A DNA stretch of 64,000 bases from sequence record PQ488502.1; one strand, written 5' to 3'. Positions 17,800 to 25,397 of this stretch are shown here, in pieces. The stretch comes from Escherichia phage BUCT632. The translations under genes were made by a program, and so were the position numbers. The number at the start of each line of letters is the position of its first letter. Position 1 is the first letter of the stretch. The notes beneath the pieces are model-generated. The model ran no database searches, had not been told where the DNA came from, and saw only the letters and a list, made by a program, of their open reading frames with translations.

Positions 17800-17876
17800 G
17801 CGTGATTGATGGAATTGGCATACATACCGTCCTTAGAAGTCGGGTTTTGAGGGTTCGAATCCCTTGTCACGCACCA
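17800..17876 (+). tRNA. tRNA with UAG anticodon (Leu by anticodon) and short variable arm
   Basis: acceptor GCGTGAT/GTCACGC, anticodon arm CCGTC-CTTAGAA-GTCGG, T-arm GAGGG-TTCGAAT-CCCTT, A73, CCA. Confidence 0.55.
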
Positions 17877-17987
17877 AATTTGATGGTCAGAGTAAATTAA
17901 ACCTACTATCTCGGTTGAGCTGTTTTAATGGGTTCGAATCCCAGCGAGGCGTAACTGCCTGGTGTGATAGAGGCATCATCTTATTAT

Positions 17988-18078
17988 TGGAAGAGCAAAT
18001 CGAATTGGCGACGAAAACCGCTTGGAAAGTGGCTGACTGGTAAAACGGCTTGAGAGTTCAAATCTCTCCTCTTCCGCC
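17988..18078 (+). tRNA. tRNA-Ser (anticodon GGA), type II
   Basis: acceptor GGAAGAG/CTCTTCC, D-stem TCG/CGA, anticodon loop TTGGAAA, long variable arm, T-arm GAGAG-TTCAAAT-CTCTC, CCA. Confidence 0.6.
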
Positions 18079-18098
18079 AAACACTTGAGGTAATAATA

Positions 18099-18446
18099 AT
18101 GCTAGCAAAAGATAAAGCTCTAGAGTTTTTAGCATCTTTAGATGAAGATAAGATTATAGATGCTGCTGAAAAAGCTGGAATGCCAGATTTAACATATCTG
18201 GAACGTGCTATTATTGCTCGTGATAAACTACAGAAAGAGTTTGCTATTGCTCAGGAGGAGTTTTATACTCGCTATAACGCTCTTACTAAGCAAATTGAAA
18301 ATGAGTGTTCTCATACTTGGGGAGTAACAGAAAACCTAGGTAATGATCACGATGGCTGGTCTAAAGTAAAAATTACCTACTACCATCGTAGGACTTGTAA
18401 AATTTGTGGAAAAGTAGAAAACTTCACTAGTACGAGTGACTATTAG
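18099..18446 (+). CDS. Hypothetical protein with C-terminal zinc-ribbon-like Cys/His cluster
   Basis: 115-aa ORF; CSHTWG...HRRTCKICGKVE. Confidence 0.45.
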   Translation: MLAKDKALEFLASLDEDKIIDAAEKAGMPDLTYLERAIIARDKLQKEFAIAQEEFYTRYNALTKQIENECSHTWGVTENLGNDHDGWSKVKITYYHRRTCKICGKVENFTSTSDY

Positions 18447-18459
18447 TATAATAAATACT

Positions 18460-18549
18460 AGAAGATAGGACGTAGTGGTATGTAACTGGTCTTGAAAACC
18501 AGCCCGCTGTAGTGATACGGTGATGGTTCGACTCCATTATCTTCTGCCA
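18460..18549 (+). tRNA. tRNA-Ser (anticodon UGA), type II
   Basis: acceptor AGAAGAT/ATCTTCT, anticodon arm CTGGT-CTTGAAA-ACCAG, long variable arm, T-arm GATGG-TTCGACT-CCATT, CCA. Confidence 0.75.
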
Positions 18550-18569
18550 ATTAACTATAAGGAAATCTT

Positions 18570-18743
18570 ATGAGCAAAACAGTTACTGTAACAATGAAGG
18601 ATGGTAAAAAATTTAAAGCATGTCTTCATGAAACAGATAAGGGATGGATGGCTTATTTGCCACACCTAGATTCCACCGGGTACGGAATGACCCAACGTGA
18701 AGCTATTGTTGATGCTTTAAATGAGGCTTCTGCTGGTTTATAA
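18570..18743 (+). CDS. Hypothetical small protein
   Basis: 57-aa ORF with AAGGAAA RBS, below the ORF-track length cutoff. Confidence 0.3.
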   Translation: MSKTVTVTMKDGKKFKACLHETDKGWMAYLPHLDSTGYGMTQREAIVDALNEASAGL

Positions 18744-18750
18744 AAATTCT

Positions 18751-18882
18751 TGAAGTATGCCGGAATTGGTAGACGGGGCTGCCTAAAAGGTTTATAGAGA
18801 ACATCCACTCTCTACAACATACCTCATAAAGCGGCTGAGATAAATGGTCTATCTCGTGAAGGTTCAAGTCCTTCTGCTTCTT
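18751..18882 (+). tRNA. Oversized tRNA-like gene (132 nt, Leu-like D-arm, type II variable arm) with 48-nt insertion in anticodon loop; no encoded CCA
   Basis: acceptor TGAAGTA/TGCTTCT, D-region CCGGAATTGGTAGACGG, anticodon-stem GCTGC(18778-18782)/GCGGC(18831-18835) enclosing 48 nt with internal hairpin, variable-arm hairpin GAGATA/TATCTC, T-arm GAAGG-TTCAAGT-CCTTC. Confidence 0.4.
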
Positions 18883-18996
18883 GATACATCTATGGCTCAA
18901 AGTGTAACGGTGCTATTTGATGCTCTTAGTAAGACTTCCCCGACATGCGTTCGGGAGTAAGCTGCTAAGGCTAGAGTAGAAGAGTTTCTGAGAGCC

Positions 18997-19116
18997 GCCA
19001 CAATTGAAAATTCGTACTCGTCTTGAGCTGCGTGCAATAGGAGATAACTTGATTAGTATTCTAGAACATGCTAATTGAGGAAGGTTTCGCTAACCCTGCG
19101 AGTTTTCAATTGTGGC
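18997..19116 (+). other. Long-range 14-bp stem whose 3' arm overlaps the tRNA-His 5' end; candidate processing hairpin
   Basis: GCCACAATTGAAAA (18997-19010) pairs perfectly with TTTTCAATTGTGGC (19103-19116). Confidence 0.4.
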
Positions 19117-19188
19117 TATATTATAATTGGTTAATGATCCTGATTGTGAATCAGGCCTATGTGGATTCGAATTCCACTAGCCACCCCA
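19112..19188 (+). tRNA. tRNA-His (anticodon GUG)
   Basis: acceptor GTGGCTA/TAGCCAC, anticodon arm CCTGA-TTGTGAA-TCAGG, T-arm GTGGA-TTCGAAT-TCCAC, CCA. Confidence 0.75.
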
Positions 19189-19213
19189 AATTAACTTAAA
19201 TAGGAAATAAAAT

Positions 19214-19414
19214 ATGGCTGATTTCTGCAAACAATGCTCTATTGATATGTGGGGTAAAGATACTGGTGATCTTTCTGGTTTGATTACAGAAGCTGAAGTT
19301 AAAGAAGGTTACGGTGCTGTTGTGCTTTGCGAGGGATGCGGAGTTATTCGTGTAGATCATGAAGGCAAACGTCTAGAAGAACCAGAACCAATAGCCACGG
19401 TTCCTGTAGAGTAA
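19214..19414 (+). CDS. Hypothetical small Cys-rich (zinc-ribbon-like) protein
   Basis: 66-aa ORF with CKQC...CEGC pairs. Confidence 0.45.
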   Translation: MADFCKQCSIDMWGKDTGDLSGLITEAEVKEGYGAVVLCEGCGVIRVDHEGKRLEEPEPIATVPVE

Positions 19415-19422
19415 AGAATTAT

Positions 19423-19498
19423 TGGAGTGTAGATCAATTGGCAGATCGTCGGCCTCTGACTCCGAAGGTTCCTGGTTCGATCCCAGGCACTCCAGCCA
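19423..19498 (+). tRNA. tRNA-Gln (anticodon CUG)
   Basis: acceptor TGGAGTG/CACTCCA, D-stem GATC/GATC, anticodon loop CTCTGAC, T-arm CCTGG-TTCGATC-CCAGG, CCA. Confidence 0.65.
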
Positions 19499-19504
19499 AA
19501 CAAT

Positions 19505-19580
19505 TGGAGAGTAGTGTAACGGTTAGCACAACGGCCTTTGACCCCGTTAATGGTAGGTTCGATTCCTCCTTCTCCAGCCA
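19505..19580 (+). tRNA. tRNA-Gln (anticodon UUG)
   Basis: acceptor TGGAGAG/TTCTCCA, D-stem GTGT/GCAC, anticodon loop CTTTGAC, T-loop TTCGATT, CCA. Confidence 0.65.
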
Positions 19581-19588
19581 AATAATAA

Positions 19589-19664
19589 GCGGTTAAGCAC
19601 ACGGGTTGTGTCGCAGGCCTTCCAAGCCTCGCTGAGTAGGGTTCGATTCCCTCTAGCCGCTCCA
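19589..19664 (+). tRNA. tRNA-Gly (anticodon UCC)
   Basis: acceptor GCGGTTA/TAGCCGC, anticodon arm AGGC-CTTCCAA-GCCT, T-loop TTCGATT, CCA. Confidence 0.65.
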
Positions 19665-19680
19665 ACTTTAAGGAAACATT

Positions 19681-19932
19681 ATGCACGTTTTTGAGTTTCG
19701 TAATAAAAGTACCGATAAACGAGTTATTGTTATTGGAGAAACATACCGAGCATACGAACAAACTGACGGCTCTGTTATCCTGAATGATGAGAAAGGAGGT
19801 TTTAGCTTTTATCCAGAAGAACCTTATGAAGAGTTTCGAAAACAATTTAACCTAGACTGGAGAAAGCATTTAAACACTGTTGCTTCATCCGTAGTATTGC
19901 CAACTACCAGTACTGTACTCTCTAATGGCTGA
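19681..19932 (+). CDS. Hypothetical protein
   Basis: 83-aa ORF with AAGGAAA RBS after the tRNA triplet. Confidence 0.45.
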   Translation: MHVFEFRNKSTDKRVIVIGETYRAYEQTDGSVILNDEKGGFSFYPEEPYEEFRKQFNLDWRKHLNTVASSVVLPTTSTVLSNG

Positions 19933-20075
19933 TAACCTAAAAGTCAAGATCGATAAACAAAAGAAACGTGTAGAAGTAGAGATTGGTGAAGAACGTGTAG
20001 CCTTCACCTTTGAATTTCTACAACAAATGGCAATGACAGTTATGACTGACAAGTCTCTTGTTATTGAAAAAGAAA

Positions 20076-20099
20076 TCCCGTTGAAATAACGGGTTTTTG
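20076..20099 (+). terminator. Rho-independent terminator
   Basis: CCCGTT-GAAATA-ACGGG hairpin followed by TTTTT. Confidence 0.7.
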
Positions 20100-20173
20100 C
20101 TCCTAAAGCATTGTTGGCGATGCAGTTGCCTTGTAAGCATCTGAACCGGGTTCGATTCCTGGTGGGAGCACCA
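20099..20173 (+). tRNA. tRNA-Thr (anticodon UGU)
   Basis: acceptor GCTCCTA/TGGGAGC, D-arm GCAT-TGTTGGCG-ATGC, anticodon loop CTTGTAA, T-arm CCGGG-TTCGATT-CCTGG, CCA. Confidence 0.7.
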
Positions 20174-20188
20174 AATTTAAAAATTCAT

Positions 20189-20217
20189 TTGCTTTCTCTC
20201 TTATTTCTTGTTATAAT
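20189..20217 (+). promoter_or_regulatory. PN25-type sigma70 promoter
   Basis: TTGCTT 20189-20194, 17-nt spacer, TATAAT 20212-20217. Confidence 0.6.
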
Positions 20218-20247
20218 ACTTGTATAAATTAACGAGAGGGAAACCAA

Positions 20248-20541
20248 ATGAAACGTTATCTTTCTGTTATGTTCCAAACTGGTGGTCAACGCTATACCTA
20301 TGAATTTCCTAGCTCTTGGAAAATCAAAGAAGGTGATCAAGTAGTTGTACTAACACCGCGTGATGGGTACAAGGTAGTAACGGTTAAGCAAGTCTTTCCA
20401 AAAGATTATACGCCATCTAAGTCTATTAATTATAAGATGATTCATGGTGTAGTTCGTCAAGTACCCCGAGTGGACATCGAGGTCAAAGTAGATAAAGATG
20501 GTAAACTTAAATATACCTCTTGCTTAGACGAGTTGCTATAA
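20248..20541 (+). CDS. Hypothetical protein
   Basis: 97-aa ORF downstream of promoter. Confidence 0.5.
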   Translation: MKRYLSVMFQTGGQRYTYEFPSSWKIKEGDQVVVLTPRDGYKVVTVKQVFPKDYTPSKSINYKMIHGVVRQVPRVDIEVKVDKDGKLKYTSCLDELL

Positions 20542-20747
20542 TGAGAATTACTTTCACAGAAAAGATTATGGGTGATGGTGTTATGATCATTACCGCATGG
20601 GATGGTAATCAGTGGTGTAGTGTTTCAGGTATTAAGCCTGAAGAACAAACACTAGAAAATATCTCAAAGATTAAGCGAAGAATGGCAGAACGTGCACGAC
20701 TTCCAGGTGCGCCTAGAAATGGTAAACGTTCTGCAATTAAATGTTAA
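20541..20747 (+). CDS. Hypothetical protein
   Basis: ORF from ATG 20541 overlapping upstream stop (ATAATG). Confidence 0.4.
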   Translation: MRITFTEKIMGDGVMIITAWDGNQWCSVSGIKPEEQTLENISKIKRRMAERARLPGAPRNGKRSAIKC

Positions 20748-20748
20748 T

Positions 20749-20825
20749 GCTTCGGTAGCTTAGCGATCTAAAGCACTCGGCTGATAACCGAGAGATCGGG
20801 GGTTTAAATCCCTCCCGGAGTACCA
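20749..20825 (+). tRNA. tRNA-Ile (anticodon GAU)
   Basis: acceptor GCTTCGG/CCGGAGT with G-U pairs, anticodon arm CTCGG-CTGATAA-CCGAG, variant T-loop TTTAAAT, CCA. Confidence 0.65.
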
Positions 20826-20931
20826 AATTTAGGAATTAAGACTATGCGTCCAGGAAAGTTTAAAAAAGCTAATTGGTCTAAAGAGTATAAAGAATACTTA
20901 CTTAGTCTAATAAAACATAATAGTTAGTTGG

Positions 20932-21007
20932 CAGAGTGGTTATGCACCTCCTTCATACGGAGCGACTACAGTGGTTCAAATCCACTACTAACTACCATTA
21001 AAATAGC
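20932..21007 (+). tRNA. tRNA with CAU anticodon (Met or Ile2)
   Basis: acceptor AGTTAGT/ACTAACT, anticodon loop TTCATAC on CTCC/GGAG stem, T-arm AGTGG-TTCAAAT-CCACT, CCA. Confidence 0.6.
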
Positions 21008-21034
21008 TAGAGATAGCTAAATTTAGGAGCAGCT

Positions 21035-21229
21035 ATGTTAACAATTAAAATAATGTCAGCCAAGAATGGGGAACAGATTCATACAGGCAAAAGTGTAAGC
21101 TTTAATCCTAGAAATAAAAGATTGGCTATAGTTGGAGTAGATCAAGCCATCTTTTTAAAAGAAGATGAAGTAGCATATGTCATGAACCAAACTGGTAAGA
21201 CAGTTTCCGTATACTATGGAAAAGTATAA
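21035..21229 (+). CDS. Hypothetical small protein
   Basis: 64-aa ORF. Confidence 0.4.
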   Translation: MLTIKIMSAKNGEQIHTGKSVSFNPRNKRLAIVGVDQAIFLKEDEVAYVMNQTGKTVSVYYGKV

Positions 21230-21271
21230 AGAATAAATAGCTGAGCCAAATTCTAACATCGGGGAGATCTA

Positions 21272-21640
21272 ATGAAAGCATATCAAAATCTTAAATCTGG
21301 CGTAATTAACCTTGTTCATGAAAATCAGATTATTCAGCTATACTCCGACAATGGTGAACTTAAACAGAAAGTTCTAGTTGAAGATCTAGAAGGTATCACA
21401 CCACAATTCGATCCCGAAGCCTTCCGTGAAGTCAAAGTGGAAGTCGCTCCTCAAATCGAAGGTGGTCAGCACCTAAATGTCAATGTATTAAGCCGTGATC
21501 AGCTTTTGGATGCGCAGAAACATCCTGAAAAATATCCTCAGCTGACAATCCGTGTCTCTGGCTATGCTGTTCGATTTAATGCATTGACGCGTGAACAACA
21601 GAACGACGTTATTAGTCGTACATTTACTCAGGCGATGTAA
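21272..21640 (+). CDS. grcA: Autonomous glycyl-radical cofactor (GrcA/YfiD-like)
   Basis: C-terminal half [11 protein letters not shown]...[36 protein letters not shown] matches recalled E. coli GrcA glycyl-radical region. Confidence 0.75.
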   Translation: MKAYQNLKSGVINLVHENQIIQLYSDNGELKQKVLVEDLEGITPQFDPEAFREVKVEVAPQIEGGQHLNVNVLSRDQLLDAQKHPEKYPQLTIRVSGYAVRFNALTREQQNDVISRTFTQAM

Positions 21641-21721
21641 TGGGGTTTGGATACGGTTTCTCCGAACTACGCAAGGTAGTCGAGCAAACTCCATTTATCT
21701 CCCAAGTTTTAGGAGAAATGT

Positions 21722-22027
21722 GTGGATCGAGCATTAAGACGCCATCACCGGCAACGTGTGAAAAACAACCGCAAGAAGTATTGGACAGTCTTCCCACATG
21801 AAGAAAGTCCCAAGCGGTTAGGTATTGTCACTACTACTCCTTGCATCTGTTCTTGCTGGATGTGTGGGAACCCTCGCAAGTATTATAAGAATAGTAAAGC
21901 AGGCATGAAAACCTCGGAGATCCGGAAAATGGAAGCGATGATTGCGGACATCACCTATACTGGTGGTATTTCAAATGATGAATTTGATGGCTTCGTAGCG
22001 TTCGAAGATGAACGCCCCGATCTGTAA
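21722..22027 (+). CDS. Hypothetical Cys-rich protein
   Basis: 101-aa ORF, CICSCWMC cluster; followed by terminator. Confidence 0.4.
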   Translation: MDRALRRHHRQRVKNNRKKYWTVFPHEESPKRLGIVTTTPCICSCWMCGNPRKYYKNSKAGMKTSEIRKMEAMIADITYTGGISNDEFDGFVAFEDERPDL

Positions 22028-22035
22028 TTAATAAC

Positions 22036-22073
22036 AAACCCCAGCTATTGAATAAGTAGTCTGGGGTTTTTCT
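22036..22073 (+). terminator. Rho-independent terminator
   Basis: AACCCCAG...CTGGGGTT hairpin followed by TTTCTG. Confidence 0.65.
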
Positions 22074-22148
22074 GTATAAAGGTACATAATATATGTATAA
22101 TAAAATCCATCCACATTAGGTTAACTTAAAAGACTTAATGGAGGTAAT

Positions 22149-22496
22149 ATGAGCCGTACTTATCGTAGACAATCTGGGGATCAGTGGTGGAAGTCTAAAG
22201 AACAATTCTCTCAAGAATATTCTTTCCTCAAAGAAAATGGCTACTGGATTCGTGTTATTTATGCTAAATCCTGGGATGATGTAGAGCAGGAAATGAAGGA
22301 AGCAACCATTCGTAATGAGAAAAAGGATGGTTATAACTGGAATTCTATTAGTAAGAATGTTAAGTGGCATTCTAATAAAATGGTTCGTCAAGGGAATCGT
22401 CAAGAACTCCACCGCGTGATGAAAGATCCAGAAAATTATGACTATAATCGCGATCATGACATGCGTAAGCGTGGATTATGGTGGTGCTATGACTAA
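22149..22496 (+). CDS. Hypothetical protein
   Basis: 115-aa ORF with GGAGG RBS. Confidence 0.5.
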   Translation: MSRTYRRQSGDQWWKSKEQFSQEYSFLKENGYWIRVIYAKSWDDVEQEMKEATIRNEKKDGYNWNSISKNVKWHSNKMVRQGNRQELHRVMKDPENYDYNRDHDMRKRGLWWCYD

Positions 22497-22513
22497 TTTC
22501 TGAAATAATTCAT

Positions 22514-22542
22514 TTGCTAAACCTCTCTTTTCTTGCTATAAT
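22514..22542 (+). promoter_or_regulatory. PN25-type sigma70 promoter
   Basis: TTGCTA 22514-22519, 17-nt spacer, TATAAT 22537-22542. Confidence 0.6.
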
Positions 22543-22572
22543 ATGTTTATAAATTGATGAGAGAGGTTTGAA

Positions 22573-22854
22573 ATGAAAACTCGTCTAGACTGTGCTGTTC
22601 ATGTTCTTGAACATGATGTTGCAGGAACCTGTATGTCTTACCACGAAGCAGGTCGTTTAATTAAAGAACGTGTGGCAGATGTGTGCGGATTGAAGATTAC
22701 TGCTGAGGAAGCTGATGATCTTTTAGGCCAAGCACTGGAGAAAACCGAAATGTTTCTCTGCGATTCTTGTTCTTGGTGGTGTGAAGCTCACGAACGTTCT
22801 TTCAACGATTATGATGTATGTCGTGACTGTAGTGGGGAGGATGAAGATGAATAA
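22573..22854 (+). CDS. Hypothetical Cys-rich acidic protein
   Basis: 93-aa ORF; CDSCSWWC...CRDC zinc-binding-like pattern. Confidence 0.5.
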   Translation: MKTRLDCAVHVLEHDVAGTCMSYHEAGRLIKERVADVCGLKITAEEADDLLGQALEKTEMFLCDSCSWWCEAHERSFNDYDVCRDCSGEDEDE

Positions 22855-23146
22855 GTTTATTATTGCACTGGTGATCTCCGCAGTTAGTTTCGGTTCTCTG
22901 GCGTCTACCAAAGTTTCTATGAAAAATGGCAGTGTTAAAGTCCAACAGAACGGCATTATTACCGAGTATGGTAAAGTTCGTGATGTTAAGGAACGTAATG
23001 GTAAAGTAGAAATATATACTAATAAAAACTTCTCTACTCCAGCCGTTACTATTAGCAAACGCGGTGAAATAACCACTCAACGTACTAATAGCTCCAGTTC
23101 TTTTACTTGTCGTTATGATTGCGACTTTGAAGGTGAAGATGAATAA
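22847..23146 (+). CDS. Hypothetical secreted protein
   Basis: ORF from ATG 22847, signal-peptide-like MNKFIIALVISAVSFGSLAST. Confidence 0.45.
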   Translation: MNKFIIALVISAVSFGSLASTKVSMKNGSVKVQQNGIITEYGKVRDVKERNGKVEIYTNKNFSTPAVTISKRGEITTQRTNSSSSFTCRYDCDFEGEDE

Positions 23147-23534
23147 TTTAGACCCTAGAATTAAATTTGCAATTACAGAAATCCAAGATCAAATTGATGA
23201 GGATTTCACTGTTTGGTCAAGGTCTGGTAATGGAGAATATTGCCAGCTTTATAGTATGAAAATGGGTATCTCAATTGAGCTTAATATCAACTCTGAAGGT
23301 AAAGTAGAAGCCCAACCCATGTTCAGTATTCCAGGCTTCTCTGGATTTGTTGAAGGTATAAAACTATGCCTACCAAATAACCATCTTCATCGAGTTATTT
23401 GTCAGTTAGAGACTATTAAGCATTTCTTGCCAGAGGGTAACATTAATGACTACTACCATGAAGTTGTAGCAGCTCATATGATGAAAGAACGCAAACGTCG
23501 GAGAGAAGAACGTGAAAAGACTAAACATCAATAG
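23139..23534 (+). CDS. Hypothetical protein
   Basis: ORF from ATG 23139 overlapping upstream gene end. Confidence 0.45.
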   Translation: MNNLDPRIKFAITEIQDQIDEDFTVWSRSGNGEYCQLYSMKMGISIELNINSEGKVEAQPMFSIPGFSGFVEGIKLCLPNNHLHRVICQLETIKHFLPEGNINDYYHEVVAAHMMKERKRRREEREKTKHQ

Positions 23535-23808
23535 CACAGTGCAGATTCCAGCAACTAAGGATGTTTTAACATTCCTACGTAGTGAGAATACCCAGTTTTG
23601 GCATGACTATATTCAGGAAAATAAAAATAATCCAGATATAGTTGCCTTTGCAAAAAAACGTATCGAAGAATATAAAGATCCAGAGATTAAAGATGGGATG
23701 ATCACTATGCAATTGTGGGTAGCCATGAATACGTTTGGCCCTACTATGAGTCTAGGAGTTACTCCACTGTTTACTAATATTCTAATTAATGAAAAGGATC
23801 TGAAATGA
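23512..23808 (+). CDS. Hypothetical protein
   Basis: 98-aa ORF. Confidence 0.4.
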   Translation: MKRLNINSTVQIPATKDVLTFLRSENTQFWHDYIQENKNNPDIVAFAKKRIEEYKDPEIKDGMITMQLWVAMNTFGPTMSLGVTPLFTNILINEKDLK

Positions 23809-24089
23809 TTATCTCTCCATTTGCTCTTTGGTTCGTCATTGGATCTATAGTAGCTATTTACAGCTTGGTTGATGATCTGTATATTTCTAAGAATAAAGAT
23901 GTAATATTATACGTTATACATAAAACTCGACCGTTAGATCTGCCTCCTCTTGATGATAAAACATTACTCAGATGTGCTAGATCTATGATATTTATTGTAG
24001 ATATTCTTCTAGGCCCAACATCTGTGTTTTTCTTTTATAGAAAGACTCGTAATATGAAAAAATTTAAAGCTGAAATGCAGAATACCTAA
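23805..24089 (+). CDS. Hypothetical membrane protein
   Basis: 94-aa ORF with two hydrophobic segments. Confidence 0.4.
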   Translation: MIISPFALWFVIGSIVAIYSLVDDLYISKNKDVILYVIHKTRPLDLPPLDDKTLLRCARSMIFIVDILLGPTSVFFFYRKTRNMKKFKAEMQNT

Positions 24090-24199
24090 AGAACTCGCGT
24101 AGGACCGAGTTGCGTCACCTGCAACTGTTACGGATAAGGGAGTCGTGCCCCTTAGTGCGGTAAGTGGTGAGGTGGCTGCTAGCCATAACTGGAGATAAT

Positions 24200-24544
24200 A
24201 TGACTATATTACTAATTCTTGTTACAACTTGGTTTTTAATCGGTGCTGTATATGCGATAGCTATTATTAGACATTTGGACGAATATTCTGCTGAATGGTT
24301 TATTAAGTATCTACGTATTGATGATCAAGAACAGAAGTTTAAAGATGAAAAGCAGAAAAAAGCAGTAAATAATATGACAGCCAAAGAATGCTTGTTCTAC
24401 ATGCGTATTGTAGGGTTCTTTGGACTATTAGTTGCTGGCCCAATTGGTTCTACCATTGCTCCATATAAAGAAACAGTTGCTGACATCAAATTGTGGAGAA
24501 ATGCAGGGGTACTACGCAAAGCTAGAGAAACTAATATTACATAA
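24200..24544 (+). CDS. Hypothetical membrane protein
   Basis: ORF from ATG 24200; N-terminal TM segment ILLILVTTWFLIGAVYAIAII. Confidence 0.4.
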   Translation: MTILLILVTTWFLIGAVYAIAIIRHLDEYSAEWFIKYLRIDDQEQKFKDEKQKKAVNNMTAKECLFYMRIVGFFGLLVAGPIGSTIAPYKETVADIKLWRNAGVLRKARETNIT

Positions 24545-24587
24545 GATTGATGCTAAATCAACTTACTAGCAAAAGCAAATAATGACA

Positions 24588-24625
24588 AAGCCCAGCCTGC
24601 ACTTTTGCGACTGGGCTATTTTTAT
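24588..24625 (+). terminator. Rho-independent terminator
   Basis: AAGCCCAG...CTGGGCT hairpin followed by ATTTTTAT. Confidence 0.6.
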
Positions 24626-24638
24626 AATAAAATTTTAG

Positions 24639-24667
24639 TTGCTTAGATGCCCAAACTTTTGTATAAT
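24639..24667 (+). promoter_or_regulatory. PN25-type sigma70 promoter
   Basis: TTGCTT 24639-24644, 17-nt spacer, TATAAT 24662-24667. Confidence 0.6.
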
Positions 24668-24698
24668 ATGTTTATAGATTGAGGCAAGAGGATTAAAT

Positions 24699-25397
24699 AT
24701 GAGGATTATTTCTAAGTTCGCCGATGTGTATGATTTGCAGAACAGTTTGTTCGACCCAGATCGTGTGTGGGAACGTAAAACTGAGGAGTTGCTGGTTAAA
24801 GTAACTGATGATGCAGAAAAGAACATTGTGCATACTCGCCAGGTATTTCGTGATGGTTCACTATCCTTCCGTGGTGATTTCGAATATTTTGTAAACCCAC
24901 TATTTGTTGCAGGTGAAGTTTACTGGTTGCACGAGCTGTACTGCTGGCATCCGGCATTTAGCTTCAAAACGTTCAACCTAGACACTATGTTCGATAAAAT
25001 GGAAGAGATGGGATTGCATGCCCGCTCTTATTTAATGGATAAGAGTCGCGGAGATGTTCGTGAAACAATGCGTGATTTGCTCGCTGAAGCAAAACCTAAA
25101 GCAGAACGTATCTTATCCGAACTGCGTGTACCGATTGCATATGTGAAAGGTATTAAAAAGAACGATAACGATGATGTTCGTAACTTCGTGATTCAGACTA
25201 ACATTCGTTTCCATCAGTCAGGTATTCCGTGGCAGGAAATTGAAAGTAACTTATACCGTTTACACCAAGTTCTCGAACAGTATATCTTCGGTGTACTAGG
25301 AACTGGTGAGCCTGATATGATTAAAGTATCAGATAAAGACAGGTTAGCAGCGCATGGATTTGATACAAAAACTTCTTTCAGGAATATGGCACGGTAA
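24699..25397 (+). CDS. Hypothetical protein
   Basis: 232-aa ORF downstream of promoter. Confidence 0.5.
   Translation: MRIISKFADVYDLQNSLFDPDRVWERKTEELLVKVTDDAEKNIVHTRQVFRDGSLSFRGDFEYFVNPLFVAGEVYWLHELYCWHPAFSFKTFNLDTMFDKMEEMGLHARSYLMDKSRGDVRETMRDLLAEAKPKAERILSELRVPIAYVKGIKKNDNDDVRNFVIQTNIRFHQSGIPWQEIESNLYRLHQVLEQYIFGVLGTGEPDMIKVSDKDRLAAHGFDTKTSFRNMAR

Noticed and set aside
16855-19845. Minus-strand ORFs 16855..17121, 17527..17763, 18703..18900 and 19357..19845 overlapping the tRNA cluster
   Set aside because: They run antisense through tRNA genes and structured RNA elements, lack RBS context, and translate to Cys/Arg/Pro-rich sequence typical of spurious frames.
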